64,000 nucleotides of DNA, taken from positions 1,184,001 through 1,248,000 of the forward strand of contig CAVSZB010000007.1 of NCBI GenBank assembly GCA_963732385.1, written 5' to 3'. This DNA comes from an uncultured bacterium (lineage in GTDB: Bacteria > Krumholzibacteriota > Krumholzibacteriia > LZORAL124-64-63). The notes under the pieces were generated by a model that did no database searches, had not been told where the DNA came from, and saw only the letters and a list, made by a program, of their open reading frames with translations. The translations under genes and the position numbers were made by a program. This document shows, one piece after another, positions 11,285-21,427 of the stretch (its first letter is position 1; every line of letters begins with the position of its first letter).

Positions 11285-12181
11285 ATGAATCCGAGAATCG
11301 TCCTGCGGACCGGCGCCGTCCTGGCGCTGGCGTTCATGCTGGCCGCGCCACCGCCGGCGGCGGCGAAAGTGAAGGTGGTGGCCTCGCTCACCGATCTCGG
11401 GTCGATCGCCGCCGCGGTGGGCGGCGACCAGATCGAGGTGACCGCCGTGGCGAGACCCGCGTCGGACGCGCACCGCGTCGAGGTGCTGCCCTCGTACATG
11501 GTGCGCGTGTCACGCGCGCAGTTGTATCTGAAAGTTGGGCTCGGCCTCGATCAGTGGGCCGATCAGATCATCGACGGCTCGCGCAACGGGAAACTCGAGG
11601 TGCTCGACTGCGCGCACCACATCGAACCGCTGGAAAAACCGGGAGGCAGGGTCGACGCCTCCCTTGGCGACGTCCACCCCGACGGCAACCCGCACTACTG
11701 GCTCGACCCGCGCAACGGCGCGCTCGTGGCGCGCGACATCGCCGAAGCGCTCGCCGGGCTCGATCCGGCGCATGCCGACGATTTCCGGCGGCGGGCCGCG
11801 GCGTTCGCCCGGAAATGCGCGGCGAGCCAGACTGCTGCCGCCGCCACGGTGGCCGCGCTGCCCGTGAAGGCCGTCATCACCTACCACTCGTCGTGGGTGT
11901 ACTTCGCCCACGCGACCGGTCTCGAGATCGCCGGCACGGTTGAGCCGGTGCCGGGCATCCCCCCGACCGCCCGTCACCTGCAGGAACTGGTTGGTCTCAT
12001 CCGTGAACAACAGGTGCCGGTCGTGCTGCAGGAACCATACTTTTCCAACGAGGCGCCCGCGTTTCTCGCTCGAGAGGCGGGGGTGAGGGTGGCGATGGTG
12101 TCGGCGTCATGCGACGACGTCACGCCGGACAGCTACCTCGCCCATTTCAACCACGTGGTCGAACTGATCGCCGGGCGCTGA
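11285..12181 (+). CDS. Zn/Mn ABC substrate-binding protein (ZnuA/TroA family)
   Basis: 'DAHRVE', 'GDVHPDGNPHYWLDP', 'TYHSSWVYF', 'EPVPGIPPT'. Confidence 0.9.
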   Translation: MNPRIVLRTGAVLALAFMLAAPPPAAAKVKVVASLTDLGSIAAAVGGDQIEVTAVARPASDAHRVEVLPSYMVRVSRAQLYLKVGLGLDQWADQIIDGSRNGKLEVLDCAHHIEPLEKPGGRVDASLGDVHPDGNPHYWLDPRNGALVARDIAEALAGLDPAHADDFRRRAAAFARKCAASQTAAAATVAALPVKAVITYHSSWVYFAHATGLEIAGTVEPVPGIPPTARHLQELVGLIREQQVPVVLQEPYFSNEAPAFLAREAGVRVAMVSASCDDVTPDSYLAHFNHVVELIAGR

Positions 12182-12251
12182 GCGCCCCGTCCGCGCGGCG
12201 GGAAGCGGAACGACCCGCCTCCGCCGCACCACAGCTTCCCGGGGAGTGACC

Positions 12252-13157
12252 ATGGAGGCCCTGCAACTGCCCTTCTTCCGCACCGCCCTGTTGGCGAGTT
12301 TCATCCTGGCCGGCATCCACGCCTACCTCGGTTTCCATGTGGTGCGCCGCGGCGTGATCTTCGTCGACCTCGCGCTGGCGCAGATGGCGGCACTGGGCGT
12401 GGCGGTGGCGGTCGTTCTCAATCGTCACGAAAATCCCCTTCAGACCTACGCCCTGGCGCTGGCCATGACGCTGATCGGCGCGGCCAGCTTCGCCTGGCTG
12501 CGGGGGCAGGAGCGGCGGCACGTGCCGCTGGAGGCGTTCATCGGGATCGTCTTCGCCACCGCGCAGGCGCTGGTCTTCCTGATCCTGGAAAAGAGTCCGG
12601 CCGGACCGGAGCATCTGAAGGAGACGCTGGTGGGCTCCCTGTTCACCGCGGACCCGCGCCACGTCTGGAAGACAGCCATCCTCTACGCCGTGATCGGCCT
12701 CGCCCACTGGCTGCTGCGACGCCCGTTCTTCGAGATCACGAACGACGCCGAGGGAGCCCGCCTGCGCGGACGGAACCTGTTCCTGTGGGACTTCCTCTTC
12801 TACGCGATCTTCGGCTGCGTCGTCACGTCGTCGGTCCAGATTGCCGGCGTGCTGCTCGTGTTCGGCCTGCTGGTGATCCCGGCGGTGGCCGGTCTGATGA
12901 CGACCTCGCGCACCGGACCGGCGCTCGCCGTGGGCTGGGGGTTCGGATTCCTGGCCTGCCTGACCGGCCTGTGGGGATCGGTGCGGCTCGACCTGCCGGC
13001 GGCGCCGAGCATTCTCCTGGCGCTGAGCGGCCTGCTGGTGCTGCTCGGCCCCGGCCTGGCGCTGCGGCGCGGATGCGACCGGGATCAGGCGTCGGCAAGC
13101 CTCGCGAGGGCAGCGTTGAGGTCCGACACGCCTTCGCGCCGACGTCCCTCCATGTAG
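12252..13157 (+). CDS. metal ABC transporter permease (ZnuB/ABC-3 family)
   Basis: 'HAYLGFHVVRRGVIFVDLALAQ', 'GVLLVFGLLVIPA', multiple TM helices. Confidence 0.85.
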   Translation: MEALQLPFFRTALLASFILAGIHAYLGFHVVRRGVIFVDLALAQMAALGVAVAVVLNRHENPLQTYALALAMTLIGAASFAWLRGQERRHVPLEAFIGIVFATAQALVFLILEKSPAGPEHLKETLVGSLFTADPRHVWKTAILYAVIGLAHWLLRRPFFEITNDAEGARLRGRNLFLWDFLFYAIFGCVVTSSVQIAGVLLVFGLLVIPAVAGLMTTSRTGPALAVGWGFGFLACLTGLWGSVRLDLPAAPSILLALSGLLVLLGPGLALRRGCDRDQASASLARAALRSDTPSRRRPSM

Positions 13158-15094
13158 TACCGGAGCACGGCGTCGGTGCCCGAGGCGCGCAGCATGAACC
13201 ACTGTCCGTCGAACTCGATCAGGGTGCCGTCGCCGGCCCAGAAGATCCTCCGCACGGGCGGCAGCGGCGTGCCGGCCGGCAGTCGCGAGCGAAGAGCCGT
13301 TTCCGCCGCGGCCGGTGTCATCGCCTCGAGGGAGCGGAAGTAAGCCACGGTCGCTTCCTTCTTCGCATTGCCAACGGCGCGGGCCGCGTCGCGCGCAGCT
13401 CCGCGCAGCGACTCGTCGGCCAGGGTGACGTCACGACGTTCGTAGAAACGGTGCGTGATCCCGTAGTGATCGAGACGATCCAGATAGTAACGCGCGAAGC
13501 TGCTCCCCTCAAGATGCAGCCGGGCCGCCAGCGCCAGCGACAGCACGCCGACCTGCATGCCGTCCTTCTCCTTCGGCGCGAGGGAACGGGCGCCGTCGTG
13601 ACAGCTGGCGAGCCAGTCCCCGTAGCCCATTGCCGCGCCGCCGCTCTCCTCGGCCATGATCAGCAGCCGCGGCCGGGGGCCGAACTCCGTGGCGACCCCT
13701 GTCGTGTCGACGGCGCGCGCGGCGACATCGCCGGCGTCATCGTCGGCGAGCTGGTCCTCGAGGTCGCGCACGAGCGCGGCGAAGTGCTTGAAGCCGACCG
13801 GCACGCGGAATGTCCTGAGCGCCGTCCCGTGCCGACGGTTGAACGCCTCGGCAAGCTCGCCGATGCTGCGGCTCGTCGGCCAGGTGGTGGCAACGATCCA
13901 GTCGCGCGTCGCCAGATCCCCGGTCGCCTGCAGGCTTTCGAGCCGGAGCGCCGTCAGCATGAAGTAGATCTGGTTCGGCTTGAAGAACACCAGGCAGCGG
14001 CCCGCGTCGAGTGCGTCGACCTCGAGGCCCGCGGCCACGGCGGACGCCGCGAGATCGGCCGGCGCGGTGGTGACCATGTTGAAACGATCGCCGTCGGGAT
14101 CCCAGAGGAAGAAGACGTGCGCGCGTTCGTCGCGCAGCAGGCGCTGCGCTCCGACGTTCTTGTAGACCTGCGACTTGCCCGGATCGACGCCATGGTTGAC
14201 GCCATCGAGCGTGCCGATGCCGTAGTAATCGGACCGTTCCGCGAAATGGGTGAAGAAGACAGCGCCCGCCGGATCGCCCGCGGACAAGCCCCCCTCAACG
14301 CCGGTCGGCGACGGGGCCACGCCCAGGCCCAGGCCGGCGAAAACGCGGAGCGCCGTCGCCCCCATCGAACCCCCCTCGCAGCCGAAGGCGGCCCGGAAAC
14401 CGGCATCCGCAGCGGCGCGCACGTCGTCGAGCAACGCGGTCGGCACGATGCCGCGCAGCGCGGTGACATAGTCTTCCACCGGATCGAAGTCGCGCCGGAT
14501 GAGCGGATCCGCGGCGGACGCCAGGCGCACCTCCAGCCCCTCGGTCGAGGCGCGCGCGGCCAGGGCGCGCACCCGGTCGGCGATCGCGTCGGCCAGTTCG
14601 AGCAGCTGGCCGCCGCTGTCGTCCATCGGCTTCCAGCCCCCCTTGTAATTCTGGCTGTGCGACGCGGTGAAATTCTCCCCTCCGGCCAGTTCCTCGCAGA
14701 AGACGCCGAACGAGGAGAGCCAGATCGGCGTCGTGGGCTGCGCCGGCGGGCGCAGGCGGACCGCGATGCCGTGCGCCGCGTAGATCCGCGCCGCCAGGTC
14801 GATGAACGCCGGCGTGTGCGGGCGCACCTCGCCACCGACGTGCAGTTCGTCGAGCCCTTCCTCGAGCGCCAGCTGGGCGCGGGCCTCGAGCACGAGCGCC
14901 AGCGTGAGGCTGTTGAACGGAACGTCGAGACTGTGCGGGTCGTCGGGATCGAGCAGGTCCCGCCAGCCGGCGGTGCCGAGCTGGAATTCGGACGCCCAGG
15001 CCAGGAGACCCGCGCGCGCAGCGAGCGCGGGGGTGATGGCTACAACCTCGGCGCGGACGGCGCCGGGGGTAAACAGGGACAGGCTCGCGCTCAT
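13085..15094 (-). CDS. alpha-D-phosphohexomutase (PGM/PMM superfamily), divergent
   Basis: 'GTAGWR', phosphoserine loop 'TASHS', 'DPDGDR', 'VGFK', 'EESGG', 'RASGT'. Confidence 0.8.
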   Translation of the reverse strand: MSASLSLFTPGAVRAEVVAITPALAARAGLLAWASEFQLGTAGWRDLLDPDDPHSLDVPFNSLTLALVLEARAQLALEEGLDELHVGGEVRPHTPAFIDLAARIYAAHGIAVRLRPPAQPTTPIWLSSFGVFCEELAGGENFTASHSQNYKGGWKPMDDSGGQLLELADAIADRVRALAARASTEGLEVRLASAADPLIRRDFDPVEDYVTALRGIVPTALLDDVRAAADAGFRAAFGCEGGSMGATALRVFAGLGLGVAPSPTGVEGGLSAGDPAGAVFFTHFAERSDYYGIGTLDGVNHGVDPGKSQVYKNVGAQRLLRDERAHVFFLWDPDGDRFNMVTTAPADLAASAVAAGLEVDALDAGRCLVFFKPNQIYFMLTALRLESLQATGDLATRDWIVATTWPTSRSIGELAEAFNRRHGTALRTFRVPVGFKHFAALVRDLEDQLADDDAGDVAARAVDTTGVATEFGPRPRLLIMAEESGGAAMGYGDWLASCHDGARSLAPKEKDGMQVGVLSLALAARLHLEGSSFARYYLDRLDHYGITHRFYERRDVTLADESLRGAARDAARAVGNAKKEATVAYFRSLEAMTPAAAETALRSRLPAGTPLPPVRRIFWAGDGTLIEFDGQWFMLRASGTDAVLRYYMEGRRREGVSDLNAALARLADA

Positions 15095-15137
15095 CGGCTC
15101 GCTCCTCGGCGGTCAGGATCGTGACGGGCGGAGGAAC

Positions 15138-16193
15138 TCAGTCGTCGCCGGCGCCGGACGGACGCCCGGGACCCCGTCCCCGCCGCCCGGGCCCGCCGGG
15201 GCGGCCGCCGGGACGGCCGCCGACGCGCGGCGGCTGCTGGCCGCGCGACTCGACCGCAAAATCGGGGTGGGCCTCCGGCTCTCCCTCGTGGTCCGGGCGC
15301 CGACCGCGGGACTCCGGCGGTCGGCCGTCGCGCGTGGGGCCGGGCCGGCCGCGCCGCGGCCCGCCGGGACCACCCTGCCCGCCGGGCGGGTGTCCCCCTG
15401 AGCCACCGCCGCGCGGCCCGCCGGGGCGACCGCGCCCGCCCTCTCCCCCGCGCGCCTCACCCGGCCGTCTCTGCGGATGCTCGCCGGAGGCCTTGTCCGG
15501 GCGCCGGTTTCCCGACTGATCTCCGTCGCGGGACTGCCCGCGGGGCTGGCCGCGGGGTCGGCCGCGGTGCGTCGGCCCGCCTCCCCGATCCACCGGACCG
15601 GCCGGCAGGTGCTTCGGGAAGAGACGATGTCCCACCCAGTCCTCATAGAGCCGCAGCGCCTCGCGCGTCCAGCGTTCCACTACCTGCACGCGCAATATCC
15701 GGAGTTCCTTGCGATGCGAATGAAACACCCGCGCGCACTCGAACGGACGCACGGGGTAGATCGTGCACTTGCCGTGATCAAAGAAGATGCAGCGCCCCGG
15801 TTCAGCCACTTCGCCAAGGGTCCAGAGCTGGCCCGGCTTCTTGTGATCGCGCAGCTTGTGCGGCATGACGCCGTGGCGCTTCGATCCGTCGGGCATCTCT
15901 GCCGTACTGACGGCAAGGTGCTTCTGGAACAGCGCCTCGAGCGTGAGGTTCAGGTAGTCGGCCAGCCGGTCCAACTCCTCCGGCAGGAACCAGCCGGGCG
16001 AGTTGAGACAGGCATCCTTGCAGTCGTCGCAGCCGCACGACGTGACCGGCCACTCGGCCAGGCGGCGGGGCGCCTGCCACGGCGACCGTGTCTCCTGGGC
16101 CGGTGGCTGACGACGCGGAGCGTGGTCGCCAACCGCGTGGGGCGGCAGCGGGCGAGTCGGACGGCGGGGACGTCCGGAAGAGTGGTCGCTCAT
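15138..16193 (-). CDS. YkgJ-family cysteine-cluster protein with long Gly/Arg/Pro tail
   Basis: 'CGCDDCKDAC', 'CIFFDHGKCTIYPVRPFEC'. Confidence 0.75.
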   Translation of the reverse strand: MSDHSSGRPRRPTRPLPPHAVGDHAPRRQPPAQETRSPWQAPRRLAEWPVTSCGCDDCKDACLNSPGWFLPEELDRLADYLNLTLEALFQKHLAVSTAEMPDGSKRHGVMPHKLRDHKKPGQLWTLGEVAEPGRCIFFDHGKCTIYPVRPFECARVFHSHRKELRILRVQVVERWTREALRLYEDWVGHRLFPKHLPAGPVDRGGGPTHRGRPRGQPRGQSRDGDQSGNRRPDKASGEHPQRRPGEARGGEGGRGRPGGPRGGGSGGHPPGGQGGPGGPRRGRPGPTRDGRPPESRGRRPDHEGEPEAHPDFAVESRGQQPPRVGGRPGGRPGGPGRRGRGPGRPSGAGDD

Positions 16194-16284
16194 GTCAGAT
16201 CCTCCGGGCAGAACGTATCACAATTGCCTCAGGCGTTGCACAATTCCACAGGACACAGGAACTGCAGCGTCGGCTCGCGCATGC

Positions 16285-17001
16285 TCACGGTCCCCCGCCG
16301 TTTTCCGGCTTGAAAACCGCCGCGAGGCGGTCGAACCGGTCGATCAGCAGATCCGGCGCGGCCGCGCGCACCAGCGCGGGAGATGTCAGCCCGTAGGTGG
16401 CGCCGACAGCGACGGCGCCGATCCCCCGCGCGGCCAGGATGTCGTTGGGACTGTCCCCCACCACCACCACGTCGGTCGGCGCCAGCGCGAGTCCGTCGAG
16501 ACAGGCCGTCAGGTGACCGGGATCGGGTTTGCGGCGCGGCACGTCATCGGCCGCCACGATCCTCCGGAAACAACCGGCGATGCCCAGACCGACCAGGATC
16601 GTCCGCGTGAAGACGGCCGGCTTGTTCGTCGCCACGGCCAGCGGCACGGCGGAGAAACGGTCCAGAGTCTCGCGAACGCCCGGATAGAGGGCGGTCGCAT
16701 CGAGACAGTGCCGGGCATAGTGTGTCTGGAACAGCGCCACTCCCCGCCGCACGGCATCGTCATCGACCACCGGCGACGCATCGTCGGGATGCGCGGAGTG
16801 GGTCAGCAGACGACGCACGAGCATCGACGCGCCATCGCCCACGAAGCCGAGCACGACCGCCTGCGACAACTCAGGCCGCCCGAGCATCGCGCGCATGTGG
16901 TTCGCGGAGAGCGTAATGTCCGCGCCGGAGTCGGCCAGGGTACCGTCCAGGTCGAAAATGAATGCACCGACGCGGCGTGTCGGGCCTCCGTCGCGCTTCA
17001 T
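16285..17001 (-). CDS. HAD hydrolase, phosphoglycolate-phosphatase-like
   Basis: 'FDLDGTLAD', 'ATNK', 'KPDP', 'VGDSPND'. Confidence 0.85.
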   Translation of the reverse strand: MKRDGGPTRRVGAFIFDLDGTLADSGADITLSANHMRAMLGRPELSQAVVLGFVGDGASMLVRRLLTHSAHPDDASPVVDDDAVRRGVALFQTHYARHCLDATALYPGVRETLDRFSAVPLAVATNKPAVFTRTILVGLGIAGCFRRIVAADDVPRRKPDPGHLTACLDGLALAPTDVVVVGDSPNDILAARGIGAVAVGATYGLTSPALVRAAAPDLLIDRFDRLAAVFKPENGGGP

Positions 17002-17171
17002 GGCCCTCCCCGGTGGCCCGTGGATCATAGCCCCACAACGCCCGCGGGGCAAGCGGGGGCGTCGCGACGCCACCATTCATCGTTGTCGCACCCGCCGGGC
17101 GACGGTATACTTAACCTCCCGACCAGACGCGGACCGGACGCCCGCCCGGCGCCCTCACGGAAGGAACCGAC

Positions 17172-18281
17172 ATGCGAGACGACAACAGGCGCGGCCGGTT
17201 TGATGACGAGGACAACCTGTTCAGCGAACTGCGCGCCGAATTGGACGCTGTCGATCAGAATGCGGATTCCGCGCCCGCCAGCCTCGGCCCGAAAGCACCC
17301 CCCGACCCGCCGGCGCAGAACCGACCCGGGGCGCCGACGGTCTCCGCCTATCCGCCCGAGGGTTTCGATTCCGACGAGGCGCTGGACCGCCTGCCTTCGC
17401 TACCCTCACGCGCCGGCCGTTCCCGCGGCGCGTCGTCGCGCGCGCCGGGCAAACGCCCGTCGCGTTTCATCCTCGGCGCCGTCTGCCTCGCGGTGGTGGG
17501 GGCCGTTTTCCTGTTCTGGCGGCCCGGTGGGAAGCCGGAAACGCCGCTCGGCGTCGGCGAGCACACCTCGACCGTCACGCAGGGGAGCGCCCGCTCCACC
17601 GCCGAGCCGGTCACCGAACCGGTCGACATCGCCGCGGAGGTGCGTCCGCTCGCGGCCGAGCAGGGGGCGGCGAGCGCCGACGCCGGAACACCGAGCGTCA
17701 GAACGCCGAGTCTGACCACGCCGACCAGCAAACGGCTGGTCATCACCCCCCCCCAGACCACCCCCCGAAGCGACCCCGTAAAGCCGGTCATTCAGCCCAA
17801 CGTCGGGACATCCCACTCCCCGGCGGCAACCGGCTCCGGCGCGCACGCCGTTGCACCCGCCACGTCCGGTACGGCGCGCGCGACCGGCGACGAGCCCCCG
17901 CGCAGCTTCGCGATCGATCCGGAGACGACTCCCCCGCCCGCCACGGCATCGGAATCGACGGCGCCCACCGCCCTCGCCGACGCCGCGGAAGCGCCTCCCA
18001 CAACCACCGTCTCAACGACCGCCTCCGGTGCGCAGCCCGCGACCGAAGGGGCGTGGGCGCTGCAGTTGGGCGCCTTCTCCACGCAGGAGAACGCCGACGC
18101 CCTGGCCGGGAAACTGCGCAGCCAGGGCCTGCGCCCCTATATTCAGGCCGGCAGCAGTTCGCGCGGCGGGCTGGTCTTCAAGGTCGCGATCGGCTACTTC
18201 GCCACGCGGGAAGCAGCCGTCGCATACGCGCGGAACAATGTGCGACTTCTGGGCCCGCAGGCGCTGCCGATCCACCGCTGA
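17172..18281 (+). CDS. single-TM SPOR-domain protein
   Basis: one TM helix, Pro/Thr-rich linker, C-terminal 'WALQLGAFSTQENA...KVAIGYFATREAA'. Confidence 0.85.
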   Translation: MRDDNRRGRFDDEDNLFSELRAELDAVDQNADSAPASLGPKAPPDPPAQNRPGAPTVSAYPPEGFDSDEALDRLPSLPSRAGRSRGASSRAPGKRPSRFILGAVCLAVVGAVFLFWRPGGKPETPLGVGEHTSTVTQGSARSTAEPVTEPVDIAAEVRPLAAEQGAASADAGTPSVRTPSLTTPTSKRLVITPPQTTPRSDPVKPVIQPNVGTSHSPAATGSGAHAVAPATSGTARATGDEPPRSFAIDPETTPPPATASESTAPTALADAAEAPPTTTVSTTASGAQPATEGAWALQLGAFSTQENADALAGKLRSQGLRPYIQAGSSSRGGLVFKVAIGYFATREAAVAYARNNVRLLGPQALPIHR

Positions 18282-18359
18282 TCTCCCGGCCGCGGCCGCG
18301 CGCCGCGACAGGGCCGTGCCGGTTCGCGATTCGCCGACGCCGGCCGGCAGGAGGGCACC

Positions 18360-19352
18360 ATGCCGAACGCCGCCATCATCGGGACGGGGCACTATCTGCC
18401 GGAACGGGTCGTCACGAACGATGATCTGACGCGGCTGATGGACACGTCCGATGCCTGGATCCGCGAACGCACCGGGATCGCGGAGCGACGCTGGGTCGAG
18501 CCGGGCACCAGCGGCGCCGAACTCGCGCTGGCGGCGTCGCGGATGGCGCTCGCCGACGCCGGCCTCTCCGCCGCGGAGATCGATCTGCTCGTCTACGCCA
18601 CCGTCAACCCCGACTATGCGTTCCCCGGCAACGGGCCGCTGCTGCAGCAGGCGCTCGGCGTCGACACGATTGGCGCCATGGACATCCGCAACCAGTGCAC
18701 CGGGTTCGTGTACGGCATCGCAGCGGCGCATGGCTTCATCGCCTCCGGCGCGGCGCGGACGGTACTGGTCGTGGGCTCGGAGATCCACTCCACGGGGCTC
18801 GACGTGAGCACGCGCGGCCGGGACATGGCCGTGCTGTTCGGCGACGGCGCGGGCGCCGTCCTGCTGCGCGCCACGGACGAGGACCGCGGCGTGCTGGCGA
18901 GCGTTTTGCACAGCCAGGGCGAATTCGCGCGCGAGCTGTGGTGCGAGCTGGCCACGGCCCTCGTGCCTGGACGCTGGAACGACGCCCTGGCGGCGGAGGG
19001 ACGCCAGTATCCGAGCATGAACGGCCGCACCGTTTTCCAGCACGCCATCCGCCGCTTCGGCGAGGCGATCGACGAAGTACTCGCCAAGGCCGGCGTGGCC
19101 AAGGACGACGTGGCGCTGTTCGTGCCGCATCAGGCCAACCAGCGCATCACGGAAATGGTGATCCGTCGCCTGGGGGTCACCCCGGACCGGGTCTGCTCGA
19201 ATATCGAGCGCTACGGCAACACCACCGCCGCCTCGATCCCGATCGCCCTGAGCGAGGCGGTCCGCGCGGGCCGGGTCCGGCGCGGCGATCTGGTGGTGCT
19301 GGTGGGCTTTGGCTCCGGATTCACCTGGGGCGCCAACCTGATCCGGTGGTGA
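18360..19352 (+). CDS. fabH: 3-oxoacyl-ACP synthase III
   Basis: 'GTGHYLP', 'WIRERTGI', catalytic 'QCTGF', 'PHQAN', 'YGNT', 'GFGSGFTWG'. Confidence 0.9.
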   Translation: MPNAAIIGTGHYLPERVVTNDDLTRLMDTSDAWIRERTGIAERRWVEPGTSGAELALAASRMALADAGLSAAEIDLLVYATVNPDYAFPGNGPLLQQALGVDTIGAMDIRNQCTGFVYGIAAAHGFIASGAARTVLVVGSEIHSTGLDVSTRGRDMAVLFGDGAGAVLLRATDEDRGVLASVLHSQGEFARELWCELATALVPGRWNDALAAEGRQYPSMNGRTVFQHAIRRFGEAIDEVLAKAGVAKDDVALFVPHQANQRITEMVIRRLGVTPDRVCSNIERYGNTTAASIPIALSEAVRAGRVRRGDLVVLVGFGSGFTWGANLIRW

Positions 19353-19519
19353 GCGGAAAACGGGTGGAACCGCAACTTCAAGCCTGCAAGAGGCTTGCCT
19401 TTGCACCTTTCGCTGGACGCCTTCCTCTCCCCTTCTATATTTGAGCCCGACGGACGCCGCCCTCCGCGCGCATCCCGGCGCCGGCCGCGTCAGTCCCATC
19501 CCCAACCCCGGCGGCAACC

Positions 19520-21427
19520 ATGTCCCACGACCTCCCTGTCAACGATCCCCGCCTGCGCGGTCCCCTGCCCGACCACGGCGCCTGGACCGCGGAGCAGTAC
19601 CGCGAACTCGGGCTGAAAGTGGGGCTCGAAATCCACCAGCAGCTGCTGACCGCGCACAAACTGTTCTGCCGCTGCCCCGCCGGCTGCTACACGCACGAAT
19701 TCGACGCCGAGATCCTGCGCCACATGCGCCCCACGCTGTCGGAACTGGGCGAGTACGACGGCACGGCGCTCATGGAGTTCAAGACGCACAAGGAAATCAT
19801 CTACCGGCTCAAGAACGAGTCGGTCTGCACCTACGAGATGGACGATGCCCCGCCGTTCGAGCTGAACGCCGAAGCGCTCGACCGCGCGGTGGCGATCGCG
19901 CTGCTGCTCGGCTGCCAGGTCGTGGGCGAGGTGCACATCGCGCGCAAGCAGTACCTCGACGGCAGCATCCCGACCGGCTTTCAGCGCACCGCCATCGTCG
20001 GTGTGGCCGGCAAGGTGCCGTTTCGCGGCCGCGAGATCTTCATCCGCCAGCTCGCGATCGAGGAGGACTCCTGCCGCGAGGTGAGCGACCGCGGCCACAT
20101 CCGCACCTACCGCACCGACCGCCTCGGCATGCCGCTCATCGAGACGGTTACCGATCCGGATATGCGGACGCCGGAGGAAGCGGCGGCCGCGGGGCAGCTC
20201 CTGCGCAGGCTGGTGCGCGTGACCGGGCTGGTGCGGACCGGCGCCGGCGCCGCCCGGCAGGACGTGAACGTCAGCATCGAGGGTGGCACCCGCATCGAGA
20301 TCAAGGGGGTGCACAGCCTGCGCGCGATCCCGGCGCTCGTGCATTGCGAGGCGCTGCGCCAGCGCAGCCTGCTGGCCATCCGCGACGTGCTGCGCGAACG
20401 GGGCGTGCAGGCCGAGGCGCTCAAGGACCGCACCGTGGACGTCACGCCGATCCTGCGCACGACCGGCTGCGTCTTCATCCGCCGCGCGCTCGACGAAGGC
20501 GCGGTGGCCGGGGCCATCCCTCTGCCCGGATTCGGTGGACTGCTGGAAGCCCCCACGCAACCGCGCACCACGTTCCTGCGGGAGTTCTCCGACCGCGTCC
20601 GCGTCATTGCCTGTCTCGACGAGGCGCCCAATCTCGTCAGCTCCACGCTCGAGGGGACGCTTTCGAGCAACGAGTGGGTGCGCATCGGCAAGGCGTGCGG
20701 AGTCTCTCCCGAAACCCCGGTACTGGTGGTCTGGGGGGGGGCCGAAGACGTCGCCACAGCCGGCCGCGAGATCATGCTGCGCGCGCGCGAGGCGACGCTC
20801 GGCGTGCCGTCGGAAACGCGCCAGGCGCTCGACGACGGCACGAACGCGTTCGAGCGCATCCTGCCCGGCCCCAACCGGATGTATCCCGATACCGACCTGC
20901 CGCCGGTATGCCTCGAGGACGCGCGGGTGCATGGCATCGCAGCCGACCTGCCCGAGCCGCCGTGGCAGCGGCAACAGCGGCTGAGCGAACTCGGTGTCGG
21001 CGAGGATCTTGCCGAGCGCCTGGCGCGCCACCGCGCCTACGATCTCTTCCTCCATCTGGAGTCCCGGTTGAAAGCCGGAACGGCCGCCTCGCCCCAGGGT
21101 TTGGCCTCGCTGCTGCTCGATCGCTGCTGCCCCCGCCCGCCCAGTCTGGCCGCCGCCGGCCAATGGTGGGAACGGGTCGTGGAGCGCCTGGCGCGGGGCG
21201 AGATCCTGCCGGAGGGGATCTGGACCAGCGATGACGAACCTCCCGCCGCCTGTCCCGACCCGGAGGCCCGCCGCCTGGCGAACGCCGCGCTCGCGGCGTT
21301 GCCGCCCGATGGCCCCGCCGAACCGGCCCAGCGCGAGGAGTGGACGATGGGGCATGTGATGCGCGCGTTGCGCGGCCGGGTGCCCGGCCGGCGGGTCCGC
21401 GCCTGGCTTAAGGAGGCGCGCCCGTGA
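19520..21427 (+). CDS. gatE: archaeal-type Glu-tRNA(Gln) amidotransferase subunit E
   Basis: 'GLKVGLEIHQQL', 'RKQYLDGSIPTGFQRT', 'IEEDS', 'DRLGMPLIE', 'RQDVNVSI..GTRIEIKGV', insertion domain, 'VPSETR', 'RMYPDTDLPP'. Confidence 0.92.
   Translation: MSHDLPVNDPRLRGPLPDHGAWTAEQYRELGLKVGLEIHQQLLTAHKLFCRCPAGCYTHEFDAEILRHMRPTLSELGEYDGTALMEFKTHKEIIYRLKNESVCTYEMDDAPPFELNAEALDRAVAIALLLGCQVVGEVHIARKQYLDGSIPTGFQRTAIVGVAGKVPFRGREIFIRQLAIEEDSCREVSDRGHIRTYRTDRLGMPLIETVTDPDMRTPEEAAAAGQLLRRLVRVTGLVRTGAGAARQDVNVSIEGGTRIEIKGVHSLRAIPALVHCEALRQRSLLAIRDVLRERGVQAEALKDRTVDVTPILRTTGCVFIRRALDEGAVAGAIPLPGFGGLLEAPTQPRTTFLREFSDRVRVIACLDEAPNLVSSTLEGTLSSNEWVRIGKACGVSPETPVLVVWGGAEDVATAGREIMLRAREATLGVPSETRQALDDGTNAFERILPGPNRMYPDTDLPPVCLEDARVHGIAADLPEPPWQRQQRLSELGVGEDLAERLARHRAYDLFLHLESRLKAGTAASPQGLASLLLDRCCPRPPSLAAAGQWWERVVERLARGEILPEGIWTSDDEPPAACPDPEARRLANAALAALPPDGPAEPAQREEWTMGHVMRALRGRVPGRRVRAWLKEARP

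Noticed and set aside
20733..20741. G9 homopolymer in gatE as a phase-variation tract
   Set aside because: The frame is intact, the gene is probably housekeeping, and G runs are expected at this GC content.
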